Positions 53,282 to 62,200 of a stretch of DNA of 64,000 nt are shown one piece after another. The stretch is from NCBI GenBank assembly GCA_035629175.1, contig DASPIL010000096.1, positions 232,309 through 296,308 of the forward strand, given 5' to 3'. Within the stretch, counting starts at the first letter, position 1, and each line of letters begins with the position of its first letter. The notes under the pieces were generated by a model, which saw only the letters and a list, made by a program, of their open reading frames with translations, did no database searches and had not been told where the DNA came from. The position numbers were made by a program, and so were the translations under genes. This DNA comes from Verrucomicrobiia bacterium. GTDB taxonomy: Bacteria > Verrucomicrobiota > Verrucomicrobiia > Limisphaerales > DASXHY01.

Positions 53282-56200
53282 ATCGAAGCTGGACGATTCG
53301 GGGATTGCTGCTGGCGTTGTTGTTTCACATGTGCGTGGGGAGTGTTTCCGCACAGGCTCAGACGCGCGAATTCTCAATTGGGCAGGCCACGCTCATTCTC
53401 GAAGACGTCACCACGGATGCCGCGGTGTATCTCACGTCGATGCGCCTGAACCGTGCGCTCGGCGTCTGGAATGTCGAGGCGACGGTCAGCAACAAATCCG
53501 ATCGGGTGCTTGCGGGTCCTCTCATTTTATTGGTCGATGCCTTCACAGGGACCACCGGCCCGCGGCAGCCTGACGGCACGTCCGTTGGAAAAGGATTCTA
53601 CGACCTCTCACGTCATCTCACCGCCAGCGGTCTCGCGCCTGGCCAGAAATCGGCTCCGCGAACCTTGACGCTCGGCATGGGAGGAAGCGGCAACCCTGGG
53701 CTGGTCACGCGGATCTACGCCAGCGCGCCGGTGATTCCTGCTGCGCTTGCGGTGACGCGGTCTGTCGACGATATCGGACGCCCGCTGCCGGCCGTAAAAA
53801 TGGAAATCGGAGGCCCTGCAGGCGCGGGTATCAGGGAGACGGATCCTGATTCAGGCGTGGCGTCATTTGGCCAGGGGCCTGGCACTCATATCGTGAAGTT
53901 CAGCCGCGACGGGTATTTGCCTGTGTGGAGGCAACGGACTCTTTCGTTGCAGAAGATCGAGGTGATTCCCAACCCCAGGCTCACGCGCCGGTCGACGAAT
54001 TTGTTCAATATCCTGCCCGTCCAGGCGGCGGCGGCCAGCAATATCACGGCGGGAATTCAAGTGCAGATCCCGGCTGGGGCAGTGAACCAGAACGCGACGC
54101 TTGCGATTACACCGCTGACGGGCCAGAACCTGCCCGCGTTCCTGCCGTTAGGCTGGAATCCAGTGCGGGCATTCTGGATCGAGGTCTCGACCGCATTGAT
54201 CAAACCGTTGAATGCGAGCCTGCGGCCGATTGCAACGATAGGTGCGAATGAGTCGGCAACGCTGGTGCGATGGGATGAAAACCAGCTGCGCTGGATCGCG
54301 GCGCAGTCGGTTCCCGGGAACGGAACGAATGCCGTGAACGTTGTGCTGCCGGATGTCGGCGCTTATGCCCTGGTCGTTCCCGACGCGGGCGAAGTGGCGC
54401 CGTCGCCAGCCGTTGCAGGCCAGCCGCTCGGCGGCAGCAGCATTCCTGAAATCAATCTGGCGGGATTGACCGCGGAAGGGTCGGTCACTCCTGCGTCAAG
54501 CCCGGCGAGTCTCGTGCCTGATGAGGTGACCGGGCTCGCGAATGTGACCTTGAAGCATGGAACCCGCCGCCTTCCGAGCGGGTATCTCCTTCGCTGTGAA
54601 GTCACGGAGAATTACCTGCTAAGCGACGGCAGCATCCGACTGACCCCGCAGTATGAGCATTTTGTGGTTGGTTATCAGAGGCCTGGCGACCAGGACCCCT
54701 TCACGCTTCACGCTGCGTTTCCCATGCGGCCGCTGCTTCTCTTTGGGCCTGAGCAATTGGAAGCGGCAACCGTCCGTGTGGATGTGCTGCCGGAAGGACC
54801 GTTCGAAGGGCAGGTTCTCAACGAACACGGCGGGCTGGTGGTTAGCAGCGGCGTGCGTTTGCTTGCTGGAACCGGCGAGTTAACGGGGCCCAGCGCGCTG
54901 CGGTTGCGCCGCCTTGATTCATTCGTGCTGACCAATTTGATAACTGAGGGCAGCAGCATCGTTGCTGCATTCGAGCTGACGGTGGATCGCGCAACACTGA
55001 ACGACAGTTTGAGCACACAACTCACTGGCGCACCCACGAACAGCCTGTTTGTGCTTGCGCGGTTGCTGAGCGAAACAGGGTTTTACGGTTTGCAGCCGGT
55101 CGAACGATTGCAGAGCGATGGGTCGGGAAGCCTTCAAAGCCTCGAACCTGCAACGGGCGAACGCCTCCCGGGCTTGCGTGGATCGGGACAGTTCGTGCTG
55201 ATCCAGGTCGCAGTGCCGCAGGGGATTGTTGCAGGCATTGCGCGCAACGGGCTGGGTCAGATCCAGGCAGGGATGCCCGTCCGCATTGCTGGTCTGCCGT
55301 GGCTCGCGATCAGCGACGTAAACGGACGGTTTCAACTGGTCAGCCCAAGCGGTCCGCACGAGTTGAGCCTTCTCGATCCGACAACCGGCGATGCCGGGTT
55401 TGAAGACATCGTTGCGGGTGGCGCAGGGTCGGTCGTGTTACGTGACATTTCAGCGGCTCCGAGCGGTCCGCGCGTCAGCGCCATTACTCCCGTTCACAAT
55501 GCCGTGCGTGTGCCGCGCGTGGTGAGTGTCGTAATTCGCTTCAACGAGCCTGTCAATCCGGGAACGGTGATCGGGAATGCCATTCAACTGGTTGGTGCTG
55601 ACAATAGCGTGGTGCCTGCTGCCTTGACGCTGAACCTGAAAAACACGATTGCCACGCTGAGCCCCGCGGTTTCGTTGGAACCGAACGTGGTGTATCGCGT
55701 GAAGCTGGCGGAAACCATTGCTGACTCGACAGGGCTCGGCTTGCAGGGTCAGACCGAATTCACGTTCACGACTGTGCCATTGAGCACGCGCGATCCAGCA
55801 GCGCAACTCATTGTTTACGAGCCGGGAGCGACCAACGTTCCCGCCGAAGTGCTGGCTAAGATTCCTGCCTATGAGCCGGGCGCCGACCCGCTGGCGATCG
55901 TCGTTCGCGGAACTCCTGGAACTGCGGACCCTGAGGTGCCGGTCATTCTCGTGAATGAAAGTTCGGGTGAAACCACCACGGTGTTAAGCAGTCCGGATGG
56001 AAGCTTCGCGAGTGTCATCAGCGGAGCGGAAGAGGATTTTGTCAGCGCCACGTTCATCAACCTGAACGGGACGCGGGTTTATGTGCCGGTGAGCCGGCAG
56101 GAATTCGATAACGGATTTGTCGGATTGTATCGCAGTGGCGGAATTCTTGAAGCGGTGAGCGACGGAGGCCCCGTGCGGGTTTACGTCCAGCCGGAATCGC

Positions 56201-59200
56201 TGCCGACGCGTTCGAAATTGAAACTCCAGACGCTCACGGCGGCGCAGCTCCAGGCAGCGTTGGGCGGCGTGACACCTGAGGCCGGTGTGCTCGCCGGCCC
56301 GGCAGTGACCTTGAACGTGGATGGCCCGTTGCCTGAACTGCCCGTGCAGGTGCGATTCCCAGTGGATTTGATTGCCGCAGGTTTTCCGACCAACGAAATA
56401 GCGTCCGCAACGAATGTGGCGGCGGTCATCGCACTGGTGCGAAACCAGGATGAGATCAGGACGTTCGAAGTCCTGGATCAATTGTTGTTCACGCCGCAGA
56501 CCCAGGAGGATGGCCTGGAAAGGCGCAAGGGACACCTGAATGCCAATGGAGATGCCGAGCAGGTTGCGGCCGGGTTTCTCGATACCGCGGTCGGAGTGAT
56601 CATGCCCGCGCTCGGGCGGTCGGCGTTGCCCGTGCAGATCGGTTTCAACCAGGTGCTGGTGCCGTTGTTGTTTGGGCCTCGGCCGGTCGTCGTGAAGGGG
56701 AAGGTATCAGCACTGCCTTATGACATGGCGGTGGGACTGCAGCAGGCCGGCGTGTTCAACCAGGTTGCCAACTTGCAGACCGGATCGGGAACCGTGGACG
56801 TGCCGTTCCAGCTGGCCCAGACGATGGGATTTTTTGATTTCGGCCTGGCCATCGGAACGGCGCAAAACATTGTAAGCGTCACCTACACGGCGTTCCACCA
56901 GCAGGCCATTGTCAATTCGCAGCCGCTGAGCGGCGCATTCATCGCGCTGAGGTTGAGTGGCGGCGGGGTGCAACCACAACCGGGAAGGTTGTTTCCAGGA
57001 ATGGTCTACGCCACGACCGGCGCGGATGGATACTTCCTCACCGTGGCTCCGGCCGCTGGCGCCAACTACCTTGTTACTGCGTCGCATCCGCGGTTCCGCG
57101 GTTCACAGACGCAGCCAGTGAATCCGATTTCCACGATTCCAGGCCAGCAGGGAGATCTCAGTCTGGCGGGCGCAGTATACAAAACCTTCTTTTTCACGGT
57201 GCCTGCAGAGTCGGAAACGCCCCCGACGTTCACCATCGCGACGGTGCCTGTGCAGCCGGCGGCGGGTCATCCGGCGCAATTGATCATCAATGCGTCGCAA
57301 CCCGTCGCGGCGCCCAAGATCAGGGTGAGAATCCTTTCCATCGGCGAAGTGAACCTGCTGACGGGCCAGGCTGAAACCAATGTGCAGCACTCGCTGAATA
57401 ACATTGTCGAGACCACCACCGGAAACAATGCGCGGTGGACTGGAACGTTAAGCGTGGACAAACCGGTGCTGGCGAAACTCCATGTGAAGATTGAGGGACA
57501 GAACTTCAACCAGGAAGCGTTCATTCCGTATCAGATCGCCTTTACCGGGCCGAGGCCCGTGATGCCCAGTGGCGACATTCCGCGTCCCGACACGAACGAT
57601 GTGCATGGTCCATTGGTTGTGGAAACACAGCCAGTGGAAAGCGGGTTCGTCGGTGAGGACGGCCAGGTCATCATTCATTTCAACAAGCCGATCGACCCAT
57701 CACTCACCAACGATTTAAGTGGAATTGTTTTGAGCGGCGGCAGTACTGACGTGACACCCATCGTGCGGATCACGGCAAGCCAGAGAACGTTGATTCTTCA
57801 ATATCCGGGCCTTACGGCGAATGAATCCTACCGTCTCACGATTTCGGGTCAGTCCGTGCGTGACCTTGCTGCACAGCCCCTCGATCAGCTCCCGGCAACT
57901 TCGGACGCCGACAGTTTCACCATGACATTCCGAACCCCTGCGGCGGCGGAGGCGGAGCTTCCGGGCGTTGCCGATGGGCGCGGCGCCGTGATTTCTGGAA
58001 ACCGGCTTTACGCCTTGGACCATGATCCCCAGAACAGTCATTTGAATGCTTATGACATCAGCATTCCGCTGCAGCCGCGGTTGCTAAGCCGGACGCGGTT
58101 GATTGGCCAGCCGCGCGATCTCGTGGTGGTGCCGCACTACCACTTCAAGCGCAACATTCATTCACCAACGGAGATAAGCGATGTCGTCGCTGTTGTCGGT
58201 GGCGATCTGGATGCGCGGATTGATCGCGGCCTGGGAACCACGGTGAGCGTGCGCGGACAATATCTTTGGGTGTTGAAAATGGGCGATGGGACCTCGCCTG
58301 AAATTCTTGCGTCGCCGATCGTCAGTTTTCGAGTGAGTTCCGCGGTGACCAAGATTCGCTGGGCTCCCCCGTATCTGGTTTATCACGAGTATGGGCAGGA
58401 TGTGCAGATGCTGGGCTTTGTAAAACTGCAGGAGATGCTGATCGGTTTCGGCTCGGATCAATTGCAACGTTCCACTTTTCCAACGGCCCAGCAGCGCAAG
58501 GAGGAACATGACGGGAAGGACTTGAACGGGGACGGTGATTATGTGGATGCGGAGGAAGTGCTGCCCTTGCCAGATGCGGCCCCGGTGGAGTTTTACGGCA
58601 AGGCGCACAATCTGGTGCTTCAGGGGACCACGCAGAAGATTCTCGATTTTTCAGTTTCACGGGGCGGCGCCGATGTGGGAATTACGCTTCGGAATGGCGT
58701 GATGTTGGGCGGGCAGGGGCAGGCCAACGGTCCGCCGTTGCCGCCGATGTATCGAACGTTGATGCGTGGCGGGATCCCAATGGATATCCCCAATCCAGTA
58801 AGCGGGATGTATGTGTTCGACAAGGCGGCCTATCCACGATGGGTGACGCTTGTCCCCAACCTGCCCATCAATGTGGGCGGTTTCCGCACAACGATCGCTG
58901 CGGCCCTCGTTTCGCTTCAGCCCGACTTCGATGCGACGCAGAAGCTGGCAGTGATCAATGTCTCATTTCCGCTGGAGCCGCGGCTGGTCAGCCTCATTCC
59001 GATTCCGGAATCTTTGCTGGGTGGGGCGATTCAATCTGTTTCATTTGTTGATGGATCGGTCGAGGTGGCGGGCAGCCGGAATATTCTCCTGTTGAATCCG
59101 CTGGAACTTGGAAATTCAAACGCTCCGTCAGGGCAGTTGCATCCCTCCATTGTAAGCCTGATCCCTAATGCGGGTGCCGGCAGCCGCAGCGTGGGCTCGA

Positions 59201-62200
59201 CCGATTACGGCGTTCGCGCCATTGCGGATGGCGCTCGTGCTTCCGTGGTTCAATCGCCGCCCCAGATGCTGTTTGTGAGTTTCCCATCCGTCTCGCAGTT
59301 GCCCGTTCCAGCGGGGCTGGCGGCAGTCGGGGATGACGGGCTTGCTGAGCTGCTCGGGGGAATGCGCCCCGCGTTTAACCTGGCGCCGGCGCGAGTGCGT
59401 GACGAGCCGACATTGTTTCTGACTTCGGATTTGGAACCGACCCCGAATCGCGCGCTGCATTATTACGTTCTTGTTACGGCGCCGGGAACAGCGGGATCTC
59501 GAATCGAACTCGGATTGGAATCGTTGAATCCCGCGGGGCGTCCCCTGTCGAATCCCGGTGCGGGATTCGCGCCAGTGCGCGCGGTGTCGGATGGGACACA
59601 GGAGGCGATCGGCCAGCGCCCGCGCGAGTCGTGCGGCGCGATCATCCGATCCTTGCCAGCGTGGAGGTTAAGTCACGACCCCAAGAGCCCGTTTTACAAT
59701 CGATATTTGTCCAGGCCATTCGCCTTGGTGACGGAAACGGTCTCTGATGACGAACTGGCGCACTTCAGAAGCCAGATCGATCGTGAAATCCTGTTCAGCG
59801 GCGCTGGGTTGCGGGCGTTTATTGAACCCGGCCTGGCAACGCACCCCGATGCGGGACCCGTCATCGGAATGTTTGCAGCGCGGATTGATCCCCGGAAGAA
59901 ACAGATTTTTCCAATCGGCTCCGCCAATGCCTACACGATCAATCGTGATTATATCGTTGGCAATAATCCGCCGCCGACTGGAGGTTCGTCGCCGCTCGAG
60001 GACACGTATGGAACCATCCAGGCACACAGTGGCGAATTAAGGACGGCTGACGTGGACCTCTCGGTGCCCAGTCCGCGAATGCCCATCGGCATTCTTCGGG
60101 TGATCGGCAACCAGGACACGTATGAAGGTCCGTTCGGCGTGGGATGGGACTTCAACTACAACCAGAGGCTGACGATTCTGGATCCGCTGACATTCCCGCA
60201 GGGACTTCAACTGCCGCTCGTCGTGCGGGAGAACCAGGACCTGAGCGATATTGCTGGCAGCCAGGATGTGTTGTTCAACGACGGCCAGGGACGGGTGATG
60301 CATTTCCGCTGGGTTGGAACGAATACGCCGCCAGAGTACGAACAGGATCCGCTTGTGAACGAGTTCAATTACGCGAACGTCGTTTCGGATTTCTATCTGC
60401 CCCAGCCGGGATTGTTCAACCTGCTGGTGAAGTTCAAGGATGGCCGATTTGAGCGGCTGACGCCCGCCGGAGTTCGCTACCGCTATTCGCCTTCGGGCCG
60501 CCTTGAGACGATCATTGACGCGTATCCACAGAACCGGCACGAGCTGCAGTATGATCGCAACGGCTGGCTTGTAAGGATCGATGACAAGTCTGTTTCAGCG
60601 CCCCGCTACGTGGAGTTTGGGCATTTCAGGAGACGCGATAGCGACCCGGACTTCACGGCTGGCCTGGATGAGAACACATCGAATTCGTACCACGAAGGAT
60701 TGATTTGCCGGCTGCGCGATCATGCGGGCCGCGACGTGTTGTTTGAGTACGATGCTCAGGGATTCCTGATCAAACGACTCGACGTGGAAGTGGAAGGGGA
60801 GAACGGCGGGTTTTCGGGGCGAAGCCAGACGGTTTACACTTACGCGAATTGCAGGCTGGCGAGCATCTCAGCAACCGAGGATGGCACACCCTGGGTTTCC
60901 GCAGTCAATGTTACAGGCAGTTCGGGCAAGCCCGTGGCACAAGCGACAACCGGAAATTACGGCGATGTGCAGATCACAGTCTCCCCGGATAATTCGGCGA
61001 AGACGGTGGGATCAGATACCAGTTCCGTTCAGGTCGGGGACAGCACATCGGTGGAGCGCACGTTTGACGACCGCGGCAACCTGAAGTCCGTAACCATTGC
61101 CGGTCCGGGCACGCCGCCCGCGAAGCAGGAGCGCTTAAACACGGTGGACGGCCTGCCCCGCTTCATCCGGCATCCCGAAGGCAATACGGAGACGATGGGT
61201 TACGACAGTGAAAACCCGGTATTCCGATCGCGCGGAAACCTGTTGTCGGTAACGGTGGATCCTGGACCGCGAGGCGGGACGGGCTACACGAAAACGTTCC
61301 GGTATGATGCATCTTACAACCAGCAATCCGGCGCGCAGGTGGATGCCAATGGTTTCGAAGTCACTTACTCGCTGACGTCAGACAAGCGTTCCGTGCAGGC
61401 CATCGACTACAATGGTGATGGCGAAGTAACGATGAGTTACAACTCGCTCGGGCAGGTCACGGGCACCGTGGATCAGGACGGCGTTGAGCAGACAACGGAC
61501 TATGACGCCAGCACGGGGTTTGTGCGGTCGGAGACCACCGGTGAAATCACCTACACGTACACCTACGACGGAAGCGTGGCATCGCAGTTGGGGCGTCCAG
61601 CTTCGATACGACCGCCCCTTGGGACTGCAACGACCTTCGTTTACAACAATCGCATGCAGCCGGTGGAGGTTTCGCGCGGCCCCCTGGTGACGCGAACGGC
61701 TTACGATGAAATCGGGCGGGCGGTTTATTCCTTCCAGGATGTTGGCGACGGAAAGCAGCTCGTCACGCGCCGCGTGTTTGACGCGAAAGGTTTTCTCAGA
61801 ACGACGACCGTGAGCGGCGTGGAGGTTGAAGGCGCGAACAGCTCGTTCTCGACATTGTTCACCCCGGATGCGCGTTCACGCGTGGAGACCATCACTCATC
61901 CCAACGGGACTGTTCAGAGTTACAGGTACGATGCCCGCGGCAACGTCGTCGAATCCACGTTCGGCGATTACGTCGAGGCATTTGCATACGACCTGAATAA
62001 TAATGTGCTGAGTGTTCGGCACGGCGGGGAGGTCGTGCGGACCTATGCCTATGACGGTTTGGACCGTGCGAAGACCGTCGTCAGGAAAACAGGCGCGCAG
62101 GATTACGTCCAAACGCGCTCCTTCTATCGCGGCGGCGAAGTGCAATCCGATCTGCTGGCGGATCCGGTTTTCGGGATAATGCGGCAGATGTCATATCCTT